A DNA stretch of 64,000 nucleotides from Candidatus Latescibacterota bacterium (GTDB lineage: Bacteria; Latescibacterota; UBA2968), in the NCBI GenBank assembly GCA_965222605.1, contig OZ244960.1, positions 4,192,001-4,256,000 of the forward strand. Direction: 5' to 3'. The stretch's first letter is position 1. Every line of letters begins with the position of its first letter. Under the pieces are notes generated by a model. It saw nothing but the letters and a program-made list of their open reading frames with translations. It had not been told where the DNA came from and ran no database searches. A program made the position numbers and the translations under genes. Shown in pieces: positions 28,678 through 38,364 of the stretch.

Positions 28678-28987
28678 GCTGGCGGCCTCGGGGCTGAGGG
28701 TTGGTCTGTTTTAGAATACACGCAACACTCAGACCGCAAGCAAACAGCGAGCCAAAAAACGCCATCATCCGAAAATTGGGCCACATATTGCAGAAAGAGA
28801 AGCCCAAGCACCTCATTATGTCTTCAATATGCTGTATTGTACCCTTGTTCACAACTTGAATTTAAGGATTGCTTTTTGAAACACAGGCGGAGCAGAACAA
28901 TCTCGTGTACATTTTGAGCTATGAATGGGCTGTATAGTGAAAGATATGTACTCCTTGTTCTGTTTGTGACCGCATGCGTGAAAGTCG

Positions 28988-29015
28988 TTGACAAGGCTGG
29001 AGAGCCATCCATAAT
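28988..29015 (+). promoter_or_regulatory. candidate sigma70 promoter
   Basis: TTGACA-N16-CATAAT, 50 nt upstream of the ATG at 29065. Confidence 0.5.
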
Positions 29016-29064
29016 TTTGATTTGAGAAAATGAATATTACAAACAGTTACCCAAAGGAGACACC

Positions 29065-29994
29065 ATGGAACCCTGGTCCTTTCTTCATATCTGCGATATG
29101 CAACCCGGTTCGCCCCGGTCCTTTCGCTTCAAACAGCGCAGTATGGACAATTGGCAGACGGCGTATCGCCAGATTCAAGGTATTACCGATGTCGATCTTC
29201 TTCTCGTAGGTGGCGATCTCACGCGAGATGGCTCGATCCACGACTTTGAGTTTGAAATTGCCAAACGGGAACTCGATGCCTTACCTTATCCGTATTATGC
29301 GATTCCCGGCAATATGGATACGTCCAACAAGCATACCGATAAAAATGGTGCTACCGGGCGCGAAGATATTCGCCTGAATGTTACTGCCGAGCAATTGGAT
29401 GGGTTTGTATCGTTTTTCGGCGATTTTCCCTGGAGCTTTGTTCACAAGAATGTGCGCTTTAGTGGATTTTATGCGGCTGTAGCAGGTTCGGGATTGTCCT
29501 ATGAGCCGCGCATGTGGCACTGGCTTGAAAACGAATTGCCGTCCCTTCCCCGTGCGGCGTATCACGTTGTGACTATGCATTATACTCTTTTTATGGATAC
29601 GCTCGACGAACCCAAATGGGATATTACAAAAGCGGACGAATATAGGGACTGGTATTTTTCGATTGATCCGCCACACAGACAGCGCATTTTTGAGGCGTTT
29701 AAAAGATCCGATGTGTCCATTGTTCTCAGCGGGCATATTCACTGCCGCCGTCCGCCCCAAATTGTTGAGGGGATTGGCTTTTATCGCTGCGCTGGTATAG
29801 CTATGCCTCAGGCTACCGACCGGTGGGACGATGGCGATCCGACATTGGGGTTTTATCGTTTTGACGTGACAGACGCTGGTATAACCCCTACATTTATTCC
29901 TCTGACCGAGGAATCGCGATCTACCGCTGGTTATGGTCCCGGCGGACATCCCAGACCCGAAGAACGCGACTATTCGCTCGCGTGGGAAAAATGA
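29065..29994 (+). CDS. calcineurin-like metallophosphoesterase
   Basis: HICDMQ, GGDLTRDG, IPGNMD, TMHY, LSGHIH; AAGGAG RBS. Confidence 0.8.
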   Translation: MEPWSFLHICDMQPGSPRSFRFKQRSMDNWQTAYRQIQGITDVDLLLVGGDLTRDGSIHDFEFEIAKRELDALPYPYYAIPGNMDTSNKHTDKNGATGREDIRLNVTAEQLDGFVSFFGDFPWSFVHKNVRFSGFYAAVAGSGLSYEPRMWHWLENELPSLPRAAYHVVTMHYTLFMDTLDEPKWDITKADEYRDWYFSIDPPHRQRIFEAFKRSDVSIVLSGHIHCRRPPQIVEGIGFYRCAGIAMPQATDRWDDGDPTLGFYRFDVTDAGITPTFIPLTEESRSTAGYGPGGHPRPEERDYSLAWEK

Positions 29995-30006
29995 GGAGTG
30001 ATTTTT

Positions 30007-31749
30007 ATGTCCATTTTAAATATTACCTCACCTGCTGCCCCTCCGGAGTGGGCACTTTTACAACGCGAACTCATGCGCGCGCAGGCCACGGCAGGCGAGG
30101 TTTTTTATCACCGCTATTTTGACAGCCGGGGATATCTCAAGTGTATTCCGCGGTGGGGTGGCAACGATGGTCCGGATGATGCGATAGAGAATCTCACGGG
30201 ATATTCGATGGTGCATACGCTGGGTGGGCCAAAACATATTCTCGATCTCTACAAACAGGCGTGGGAAGGGCATATCGAACAGTACTCCGAGGCTAAAACT
30301 CAGGTTGTGCCCATTGGACGCGATGGGATGTATTACAAAGAATTTCCCGCGTGCTTTGACTGGTTCCACCACGGGGAATCGCTTACCATTTTCAATCTTC
30401 AGGGTCTGTCCGATCCGCATGAGGTCACATTTGGTCACCGCGCGCGTCGGTACGCGGGTTTTTATATGGATGAAGATCCCCAGGCGAAGAATTACGATCC
30501 CGACCACAAAATCATCCGCAGCCTCTTTAACGGGAGTCGGGGGCCTTTATTGCGAAAAGCCACGGGGCTGGATTGGGCGGGGGATCCCTTTGAAGTTGAG
30601 GGTCGCTTTCCCGCACCGCGCCACGGTGAGCGCAATTTTGAAGAGATGCTCATGCATTTTGAAGATTATACCGATGTGATTGGCGATCATCCCCTGAATC
30701 TGGCGGCGACTACGCTCGGTCTCAATGCTTTTGCGCTGGCTGGCGAAGAAAAATACCGCTCATGGTTGCTGGAATACGTGGATGCGTGGGCTGATCGCGC
30801 GGCTGAGAATAACGGTATTCTCCCGTCCAATATCGGTCTTGACGGCAGTATTGGCGGTGCGTGTGATGGCAAATGGTATGGCGGTTGTTATGGCTGGGGA
30901 TTTACTGTGGTTGTTCCGCAAACAGGCGCGCTTTCCAACCGCAATTCCATAGCCCGCGGCATAGCGGGTTTTGGCAATGCTCTTCTTCTGACTGGCGATT
31001 CCAAATATCCGATTGTCTGGCGCACCATGCTCAATGCGGTGAACAGCAATAGCAAAGATATTGATGGGCAAATACAATATCCGCATATGCACGGCGATGA
31101 TGGTTGGTATAGCTATAGCCCTCAGCCCTTTGATCAGGGTGCGCTCGATGTTTATTATTGGACAATGGATGAGGCCGATCTTGAGTACATTTCCGCAGAT
31201 CCATGGATAGACTATCTTCGCGGGAATAGTTCCGACTATCCCACACGCACGTTGCGAAATGCTTTGAGCGCGATTCGCGGGAAGATGGAAAATGTGCGCA
31301 ACGATACGTCTTCCACGGATACCCGCTTGTCCGACGATCCATTGCCGTACAATCCCGCAACTACTGTGAACGCGCTTATCCAGCTCCAACTGGGTGGTTT
31401 GGCGCCGCGGCATGGCGAACCTTTGCATTGCCGCGTGCGTTATTTTGATCCCGAAAATCGCCGTCCCGGGTTGCCGTCTGATGTGGCTGCTCTGGTCGAA
31501 ACGCTGACCGCGGATCGTGTCGTGTTATCACTCGTCAATATCAATCAGACCGAATGCCGCGATCTCATTATTCAGGGCGGTGCTTATGCCGAACACCAGA
31601 TTATTGGCACTGAGGTCGATGGCAGTACATCCGATCTCGATGCATCCTGGATGCCGGTTCGCCTTGGTCCTGGATGCGGTACGCGACTTACACTCAAAAC
31701 AGAACGCTATGTCAATCCGCCCACTTTTGCGTTTCCCTGGGAAAGATAA
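30007..31749 (+). CDS. conserved hypothetical protein (possible alpha/alpha-barrel lyase or hydrolase)
   Basis: Long, Trp/Gly/Tyr-rich ORF with GAGGAG RBS; RWGGNDGPDDAIE, DWFHHGE. No family I can name with confidence. Confidence 0.6.
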   Translation: MSILNITSPAAPPEWALLQRELMRAQATAGEVFYHRYFDSRGYLKCIPRWGGNDGPDDAIENLTGYSMVHTLGGPKHILDLYKQAWEGHIEQYSEAKTQVVPIGRDGMYYKEFPACFDWFHHGESLTIFNLQGLSDPHEVTFGHRARRYAGFYMDEDPQAKNYDPDHKIIRSLFNGSRGPLLRKATGLDWAGDPFEVEGRFPAPRHGERNFEEMLMHFEDYTDVIGDHPLNLAATTLGLNAFALAGEEKYRSWLLEYVDAWADRAAENNGILPSNIGLDGSIGGACDGKWYGGCYGWGFTVVVPQTGALSNRNSIARGIAGFGNALLLTGDSKYPIVWRTMLNAVNSNSKDIDGQIQYPHMHGDDGWYSYSPQPFDQGALDVYYWTMDEADLEYISADPWIDYLRGNSSDYPTRTLRNALSAIRGKMENVRNDTSSTDTRLSDDPLPYNPATTVNALIQLQLGGLAPRHGEPLHCRVRYFDPENRRPGLPSDVAALVETLTADRVVLSLVNINQTECRDLIIQGGAYAEHQIIGTEVDGSTSDLDASWMPVRLGPGCGTRLTLKTERYVNPPTFAFPWER

Positions 31750-31777
31750 ATTCAGAAATCAATAAAAGGAGTATCTC

Positions 31778-32728
31778 ATGTCCAGAATTAATGTCGGTCT
31801 TGCCCGCCGCGAAAATCGCCGCCAGAATGTATTTGGCGCTCTTGATCTCATTCGCGATGACGTGATTCCCAAACTCGCCGAGCAGGTGATGCTCAAGCCC
31901 AATTTTCTGTCGTCTCAAAATCAACTGGCGTCTTCCCATGCCGATGCGATGCGAGGGGCTATTGACTTTCTGCTCACCACGCCCAATCCACCGGATGAGA
32001 TTCTCATTGCCGAGGGGGGTAATGAAAATATTTCGGGACAAGCTTTTGACAACTTTGGGTATCACGTTTTGAAAGAAGAATACGATATTCCCATTCAACT
32101 CGTCGATCTCAATTCCGAGACCCGATGGGAAACTGTGCCGATTCTCCTCGACGACCGCACTGAATACCAGGTGCATATGCCCAAAACCGTGCTGGATTGC
32201 CCCTGTACGATTTCAATGGCGGTTGCTAAAACCCACGATGTCACAGTTGTTACGCTCGCGCTCAAGAATATGATTATGGGAACGATCCGCAAAGAGGACC
32301 GCGTTAAAATGCACGGGTTTCCCTCTCATCCAGAACGCCTGCGTCCCAATGAATCCAAACGTCTCAATGTCAATCTCATTCGGCTCGCCAAATATCTGGC
32401 ACCCGATATCGGCGTTATCGATGGCACTGTGGGTTTGCAGGGCAATGGCCCCGGAGGGACGGACTCGGTTGATCTGGGCGTTGCTGCAGCGAGTGTGGAT
32501 GTTTTTGCTGTGGATGCGGTTATGACCAGTGTTATGGGCTTTGAACCCGCGAAGCAGGGGCTTCTCTATTATGCCAATCAACTCGGTATTGGTGTAACCG
32601 ATCTCAACAATATCAATATTCTCGGAACTGCTATTGAAGATGTCGCCAGGGCGTTCAAACCCCACAAGTGGATCGAACAACAACGCCAGTGGCACGAACC
32701 AAATGCAATGGCCGATATTTCCGCGTGA
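31778..32728 (+). CDS. DUF362 domain protein
   Basis: VMLKPNF, IAEG, KTHD..VTLALKN, VIDG..GLQGNGP, DVFAVDAV. Confidence 0.8.
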   Translation: MSRINVGLARRENRRQNVFGALDLIRDDVIPKLAEQVMLKPNFLSSQNQLASSHADAMRGAIDFLLTTPNPPDEILIAEGGNENISGQAFDNFGYHVLKEEYDIPIQLVDLNSETRWETVPILLDDRTEYQVHMPKTVLDCPCTISMAVAKTHDVTVVTLALKNMIMGTIRKEDRVKMHGFPSHPERLRPNESKRLNVNLIRLAKYLAPDIGVIDGTVGLQGNGPGGTDSVDLGVAAASVDVFAVDAVMTSVMGFEPAKQGLLYYANQLGIGVTDLNNINILGTAIEDVARAFKPHKWIEQQRQWHEPNAMADISA

Positions 32729-32748
32729 TTCAAAACTACAACGAAAAA

Positions 32749-32785
32749 AACTCCCAAGGCTATAATGTAATAGCTTTGGGAGTTT
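32749..32785. terminator. hairpin terminator between convergent genes
   Basis: AAACTCCCAAGGCTAT..ATAGCTTTGGGAGTTT with a flanking A-run. Confidence 0.6.
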
Positions 32786-32817
32786 GAGTAGATGCGCCAG
32801 CGGACTTTCAGAAATAT

Positions 32818-33105
32818 TCACAAATTGTCTTTCAGGGTCTGTTCGTATTGTCGCGCTTCTGCTTCTTCAGCCGCGATATCGGCTTCTATCTCAGATTGAT
32901 TGGCATGGAAATAGGCCAATGCTGCCTGCACTTGAGCCAGTGTCAGATGTCCCAAACGATCCTTAATTTCATTCGGTGTCAGTCCCAATTGATACCATCC
33001 CACGATACGTCGAACAGTCACCCCCGTCCCTGCAATGCGAGGTCGGCCTCCCCGTATATCATCCGAGCGGACAATTAGAGTTTCAATATCAGTCAATGTG
33101 CTCAT
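32818..33105 (-). CDS. DUF433 family antitoxin-like protein
   Basis: IRGGRPRIAGTGVTV..G.TP.EI....HLTLAQVQAALAYF. Confidence 0.85.
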   Translation of the reverse strand: MSTLTDIETLIVRSDDIRGGRPRIAGTGVTVRRIVGWYQLGLTPNEIKDRLGHLTLAQVQAALAYFHANQSEIEADIAAEEAEARQYEQTLKDNL

Positions 33106-33355
33106 ATCGAGATCCTATTGGTTTTTTATCTTCAACTTGTTGTCAGATTTTGTCATAGTAGGATCGGCGGGGGCAATTGCTTCGATCAATGGCCTGACGG
33201 AGTTTTTTGAATCCACCCCCATATTGTTCTTTTCAAAACCAAATATAGCCCATAATCGGGTTATTTGCAATAAGACGACGGGTCATTTTTCGCGTGATTC
33301 AACTTTTTTTAGTATATTATCATTGTGTTTTTTAAGTCATGCACAGGAGCTTTTC

Positions 33356-34423
33356 TTGCCCACTATTGTTCTCATTGGCGGTGGTACCGCAGGGCATGTT
33401 ACGCCCAATATTGCGCTGTTGCCCGGTTTGCGCGATGCGGGATACGCTGTGCATTATATCGGTACGCGGGACGGTATTGAGCAAGAACTGATCGCAAGGG
33501 AGGGTATTCCCTTTCACGCGGTTCCCGCAGGCAAACTCCGCCGCTATCTGGACTGGCAAAATTTTACCGATCTCGCCCGCATCAAGTTTGGATTTCTCAA
33601 GTCGCTGTTGATCCTCGCTCGCATCAGACCCGATCTCGTCTTTAGCAAGGGGGGATTTGTCACGCCGCCGATTATCTGGGCTGCGTGGTTGCTGGGCATT
33701 CCCGTCGTGTGTCATGAATCGGACCTTACGCCGGGGTTGGCCAATAAGCTCTCTCTTCCGTTTGCCCGGCGTATCTGCTATGCCTTTGCGGAGACAGCCA
33801 AATATTTGCCCGCTGGCAAAGCGGTTCACACAGGTATTCCCGTCCGGGCAGAACTCGCAAATGGCGATGCCCAAAAAGGACGCGATTTGTGCGCTTTCTC
33901 GTCTGAGAAACCCATTATTCTCATCATGGGTGGTAGTCTGGGATCGCGTGCGATTAACGCGGCGGTTCGCGCTGCACTTCCCGATTTGCTTGTCGATTAC
34001 CAGATTTGCCACCTGTGCGGGCAGGGCAATCTCGATTCGGCTCTCGACCAGACCGAAGGCTATGTGCAGTTTGAATATGTTACGGATGACTTGCCCCATC
34101 TTTTTGCAGCAACTGATTTTATTGTCTCTCGCGCAGGTGCTACCGCGCTCTTTGAACTTCTCTCGCTCCAAAAACCCGCGCTTTTGATTCCTCTGTCCCT
34201 GCAAGCCAGTCGCGGAGATCAGATCGAGAATGCCGAAGCTTTTCGAAATGCCGGTTATAGCCTCGTCCTCTCAGAAGATGGTCTTACGCCCGACGCGCTT
34301 TGCAAAGCCATCCGCGATCTGCGCGATCAGAGCGACGCGCTCCGTCAATCTATGTCCGATTGGCGCAGGCGAGACGCTATAGCGGAGGTCCTCTCAATCC
34401 TCGCCGATTGTCTGAAGCGGTGA
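33356..34423 (+). CDS. murG: UDP-GlcNAc:lipid I N-acetylglucosaminyltransferase
   Basis: TTG start after CAGGAG; GGGTAGHVTP, GKLRRY, SKGGFV, HESDLTPGLANK, GGSLGS, SRAGA, RGDQIENA. Confidence 0.93.
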   Translation: MPTIVLIGGGTAGHVTPNIALLPGLRDAGYAVHYIGTRDGIEQELIAREGIPFHAVPAGKLRRYLDWQNFTDLARIKFGFLKSLLILARIRPDLVFSKGGFVTPPIIWAAWLLGIPVVCHESDLTPGLANKLSLPFARRICYAFAETAKYLPAGKAVHTGIPVRAELANGDAQKGRDLCAFSSEKPIILIMGGSLGSRAINAAVRAALPDLLVDYQICHLCGQGNLDSALDQTEGYVQFEYVTDDLPHLFAATDFIVSRAGATALFELLSLQKPALLIPLSLQASRGDQIENAEAFRNAGYSLVLSEDGLTPDALCKAIRDLRDQSDALRQSMSDWRRRDAIAEVLSILADCLKR

Positions 34424-34433
34424 ACTGACTACT

Positions 34434-36404
34434 ATGGCTCAAGAAACGCATCCATCTGTTGAACCCACTCGGTTTGTAAGAGAAGCCGTTACGCTGAAGT
34501 CCATTTTGGTGGGCATTCTGGTTATTCTTCTGTCCGAAGCCTATATCACATGGGGCATGTTGCATCTGGCTTCTCGTATGAATAAGTCCTATCTGCCGAT
34601 GGGGCTGTTTTTTGTGTATGTGGTTCTGGTGTTGACAAATATCGCGTTTGATCGGGCAAAGAGCAGGTGGGCACTTTCTCAGGCTGAGTTGCAAGTTGTG
34701 CTCGGTATGGGATTGATTGGGGCATTTTTCCCATTTTTTGGTCTGGCGAGTTTTTTGCCCACGGTGATTGCGGCGCCTTTTTATCTGGATACGCCGGAGA
34801 ATGGCTGGCGTGAGCTTTTGCACGAGCATATCCCCAGGTGGATTGTTTTGCACAATGAAGATGGGGCAGCAACGCTGTTTTACGAGGGGCTTGCGCCGCA
34901 TCAGCCGATTCCGTGGGGTGCGTGGGTGGTGCCGCTTTTCTGGTGGGGGTCTTTGATTTGTGCTATTGGCTGGCTGACGTTGTGCATCATGGTGATTTTG
35001 CGAAAGCAGTGGGTGGAAAATGAGCGATTGGAATATCCGTTGATGAATGTGAGTATTAAGATGGCAGCCGGATCAAATGATGCCGAAGGTATCGCGCACA
35101 TGGTTCGGCAGCGAGGGTTTAAGATTGGTTGTTTTTTGGGTGCTCTGGCTGTTTTGTGGAATATTGTGACCTTTTTTTATCCTTTGATACCGCGATTGCC
35201 CACAACGCCGAATGCGGCCAGTTGGTTGCGCTGGATGGATGGCGCGCCGACGTTCTGGGTGCAGATCAGCATTTATATTATTGGCTTTGCCTATTTTGCG
35301 CGTGTGGAAGCGCTGTTCAGTTTTTGGGTGTTTTTTGTTCTGACGGGTATTGAGATGTCTGTGTTTGATCGTCTCGGTGTGGGGTCTTCTGTTGGTCAGG
35401 GGGGCCTGGAGGCGGTTCGGTCTCAGAGTTTTGGCGCGTTTGTGATGATTGTGCTGGTGAGTTTGTGGATGTCGCGTGGGCATTTGAAGGCGGTGTTTCG
35501 GAAGGCATTGAGAGGTGATGCGGAGGTTGATGATTCGCGAGAGGTTTTGTCTTATCGGACGGCGGTGTTTGGGATGGCGATTGGGTTGCTTTATGTGGGT
35601 GGATGGTTGCATCTGGCGGGTATGGAATTGAAGGTGCTGGTGCTTTATATGTTTTTTGCTCTGGCTGCTTATATTGGTCTGTCGCGGATCGTGGCTGAGA
35701 TGGGGTTGCCTTATGCGAATATCTCGGATACGGCACTGAATTTCGCGCCTATTTATATTTTGGGGTCGCGTGCGATTTCGGCACCTTCTATGGTGAGTCA
35801 GGGTTTTATCTACGCTCTGTTCGCCACGACGCGAGGGTTCCTCGGTCCGCCTCTGGCACAGACGCTGAAGCTGACGAGTGGGTTAAAGTTTCGGCGGAAT
35901 CGGTTGGTTGGTGCGATTGCGATTGCAGTGATGCTGGGATTCGTGGGATCTATTGGCGATACGATTTATACCTCCTATCGGCATGGTGGATACAATCTGG
36001 GGGGGCTGACGAGGGTGACGGGTGTTCGGAACAATTATCAAAAAGCTGTGACCTGGATCCGAAATCCCCAACCGCCGGATTGGGATAGGCTTACATTTGC
36101 CGGTTCCGGTATGGTGATTGTGTTGTTGTTGACCTTTTTGCGCTATCACTTTATCTGGTGGCCTTTGCCCGCTGTTGGTCTGGCGCTGCAAGGTATGTAT
36201 ATGGCGCGTCGTCTGGTGTTTCCCGTTTTTATGGTGTGGATTTATAAGTCGCTTATTCTGAAGTTTGGTGGTGTCGCAATGTATCGCAGAGGACAGCCGT
36301 TCTTTATCGGTCTGATGGTGGGCTATGCTTTTGCGGTGTTTTTCTCGACTTTGATCGATCATCTCTTTTTCTTTGGGCACGGCCATGTGGTGCATGATTT
36401 TTGA
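34434..36404 (+). CDS. polytopic membrane protein (DUF6785/DUF6784, OPT-like)
   Basis: Many TM helices; IPWGAWVVPLFWW, LRKQWVENERLEYPL, WWPLPAVG, KFGG..YRRGQPFFIGL. Confidence 0.7.
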   Translation: MAQETHPSVEPTRFVREAVTLKSILVGILVILLSEAYITWGMLHLASRMNKSYLPMGLFFVYVVLVLTNIAFDRAKSRWALSQAELQVVLGMGLIGAFFPFFGLASFLPTVIAAPFYLDTPENGWRELLHEHIPRWIVLHNEDGAATLFYEGLAPHQPIPWGAWVVPLFWWGSLICAIGWLTLCIMVILRKQWVENERLEYPLMNVSIKMAAGSNDAEGIAHMVRQRGFKIGCFLGALAVLWNIVTFFYPLIPRLPTTPNAASWLRWMDGAPTFWVQISIYIIGFAYFARVEALFSFWVFFVLTGIEMSVFDRLGVGSSVGQGGLEAVRSQSFGAFVMIVLVSLWMSRGHLKAVFRKALRGDAEVDDSREVLSYRTAVFGMAIGLLYVGGWLHLAGMELKVLVLYMFFALAAYIGLSRIVAEMGLPYANISDTALNFAPIYILGSRAISAPSMVSQGFIYALFATTRGFLGPPLAQTLKLTSGLKFRRNRLVGAIAIAVMLGFVGSIGDTIYTSYRHGGYNLGGLTRVTGVRNNYQKAVTWIRNPQPPDWDRLTFAGSGMVIVLLLTFLRYHFIWWPLPAVGLALQGMYMARRLVFPVFMVWIYKSLILKFGGVAMYRRGQPFFIGLMVGYAFAVFFSTLIDHLFFFGHGHVVHDF

Positions 36405-36440
36405 GAGATAAGAGATCTCTATAACCGATAGGAGCGAACA

Positions 36441-37337
36441 ATGGAAAAGAAACGAATTAACAGATGTATCGAGCTTCTCGAGCAGGGGGAGTATCTCTAT
36501 TACTCGGGTGCTGGTCCTCTCACTTACGAGAATGGCAAGAAGCAGGCCAGGACGTGGGCGGATTTTTTGATGGTGGATTACGAACACAGCCCGTTTGATG
36601 TGGTTGGTCTTCGCGCGTTTATGAGAGGGTTGGTGGATGGCGGTCCCACAAATTCGGGGCATCGCACGCCGACTGTGTTTGCGACGCTGCCGTCCAATTG
36701 TCGCACTGTGCATGAGGTTCGCGCCAATGCGTGGCAGATCAGGCATGTTTTGAGTTCGGGGGTACACGGTATTTTGCATACGCATGCGCGGCAGGCCGAT
36801 GCGGTGAGGGCGTTTGTCGAAGAGTGCAGGTATCCGTTCCAGACAGCAGGGCTGGATCGCGGGCTGGTGCAGGGTCAGCGCGGGGCGGGCGGTCAGGGAT
36901 ATGCCGCGGGTATCTGGGGACTTACCGGACCTGAGTACGCGCGAATAGCCGATCCATGGCCGCTAAATCCAGATGGCGAATTGATGCTCGGTCTTAAAAT
37001 TGAGGACAGGGAGTGTGTTGCGAATGCCGAGTATATATGCAAGGTGCCCGGTTTGTCATTTGCAGAGTGGGGGCCGGGAGATATGGGTATGTCCTATGGT
37101 TTTGCCGATGCACACGATCCGCCTTATCCGCCGATTATGGAGGAGGCTCGAAGAATTGTGAAGGGCGCGTGTGATGATAATGGGATTCATTTTTTGTGTT
37201 CGTGGAAGGATTCTTCAAAGAGTACGGAAGAGAATATTCGGTTTCTGATGGATTGGGGCGTCAGAATTCTCTCTGGCGGCGGAGAAGATTACGCGAGAAT
37301 TGGCCGCGCAATTTCAGGTAGGCGGATGCCTGTGTGA
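36441..37337 (+). CDS. HpcH/HpaI aldolase-family protein
   Basis: VDYEHSP, LSSGVHGI, CRYP, LKIED, WGPGDMG. Confidence 0.75.
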   Translation: MEKKRINRCIELLEQGEYLYYSGAGPLTYENGKKQARTWADFLMVDYEHSPFDVVGLRAFMRGLVDGGPTNSGHRTPTVFATLPSNCRTVHEVRANAWQIRHVLSSGVHGILHTHARQADAVRAFVEECRYPFQTAGLDRGLVQGQRGAGGQGYAAGIWGLTGPEYARIADPWPLNPDGELMLGLKIEDRECVANAEYICKVPGLSFAEWGPGDMGMSYGFADAHDPPYPPIMEEARRIVKGACDDNGIHFLCSWKDSSKSTEENIRFLMDWGVRILSGGGEDYARIGRAISGRRMPV

Positions 37338-37368
37338 GTGTGTATTCAACTTATTTTTGGAGGAGATT

Positions 37369-38364
37369 ATGGCAGCATCAACCGAACAACCATTAGGCGG
37401 AGAACCGACCATTACGCGACAGCTCTCATTTCATGGTCAGGGCGGTTCTTTATTTGGCATTCATATCGTGAATATTTTGCTCGCGATTATCACGCTGGGC
37501 ATCTACTATTTCTGGGGTAAAGTCAGAGTGCGAAACTACATGAACAGCCAGACCGAATTTGAAGGTGACCGCTTTGCGTATCACGGCACCGGTAAAGAAC
37601 TTTTTATCGGCTGGCTGAAAGCGATGGGTTTTTTGATTGTGATCGGCGGGATCTCTTTTGGCATACAGCTTTTCGGTAAAAGCATTACCTCGCAGATCAT
37701 CGGCACAATCATTTTATATGTGGGTATCCTCTTTTTGCTTTTCCCTGTTGCCATTGTCGGTGCCTGGCGTTTCAAGTTGAGTCGTACGTCGTGGCGGGGG
37801 ATTCGCTTTTCTTTTCGAGGCCATACGCGCGAATTTTTCCGCATCTATTTCCCCGGTATGTTCCTTACACTGATCACATTGGGCCTTTACAGTCCCTATT
37901 TTGAAGTGCGCCTTCGAAAATTCTTAGTCAGTCAGTCTTATTTTGGCAGTGCCCAATTCCATTTTGATGGCAATGGTCGAGATTTGTTTTGGGGCAATTT
38001 TTGGGCCATTGTCCTGGCCATTCCCACGCTGGGGATTTATCCCTTCTGGTATGCTGCTACTCGACACAGATATTTCTGGTCACGCACGACATTTTCAACA
38101 GCGCAATTTCGCTCCACCATGTTGGGCGGTGATCTTTTTGTGTTTCAGCTCGTCAATGGTCTGTTGCTTATCTTCACGTTGGGGTTAGCGCAGCCCTGGG
38201 TGCTTGTACGCAGTGCGCGATTCACTTTTGAACGGATTCTTCTTGAAGGAGATCTCGATCTCGACGTCATTGAGCAAGACGCAAGGGATGCCTCGGCTAC
38301 TGGAGAAGGCATGACGGACTTTCTGGATACGGACTTTCTGGATATCGATTTGGGGCTCTTGTAG
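37369..38364 (+). CDS. YjgN / DUF898 inner-membrane protein
   Basis: FHGQGGSLFGIHIVNILLAIITLGIYYFW.KVR, F.YHGTGKELFIG, TSWRGIRFSF; GGAGG RBS. Confidence 0.85.
   Translation: MAASTEQPLGGEPTITRQLSFHGQGGSLFGIHIVNILLAIITLGIYYFWGKVRVRNYMNSQTEFEGDRFAYHGTGKELFIGWLKAMGFLIVIGGISFGIQLFGKSITSQIIGTIILYVGILFLLFPVAIVGAWRFKLSRTSWRGIRFSFRGHTREFFRIYFPGMFLTLITLGLYSPYFEVRLRKFLVSQSYFGSAQFHFDGNGRDLFWGNFWAIVLAIPTLGIYPFWYAATRHRYFWSRTTFSTAQFRSTMLGGDLFVFQLVNGLLLIFTLGLAQPWVLVRSARFTFERILLEGDLDLDVIEQDARDASATGEGMTDFLDTDFLDIDLGLL

Noticed and set aside
33035-33355. N-terminal extension of MurG (462-aa ORF), and similar extensions of ORFs ending at 8667, 49541, 48512 and 53850
   Set aside because: The extensions overlap neighbouring genes. 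Downstream starts match family N-termini, usually with an RBS; the 48512 ORF is read-through into an MFS fragment.
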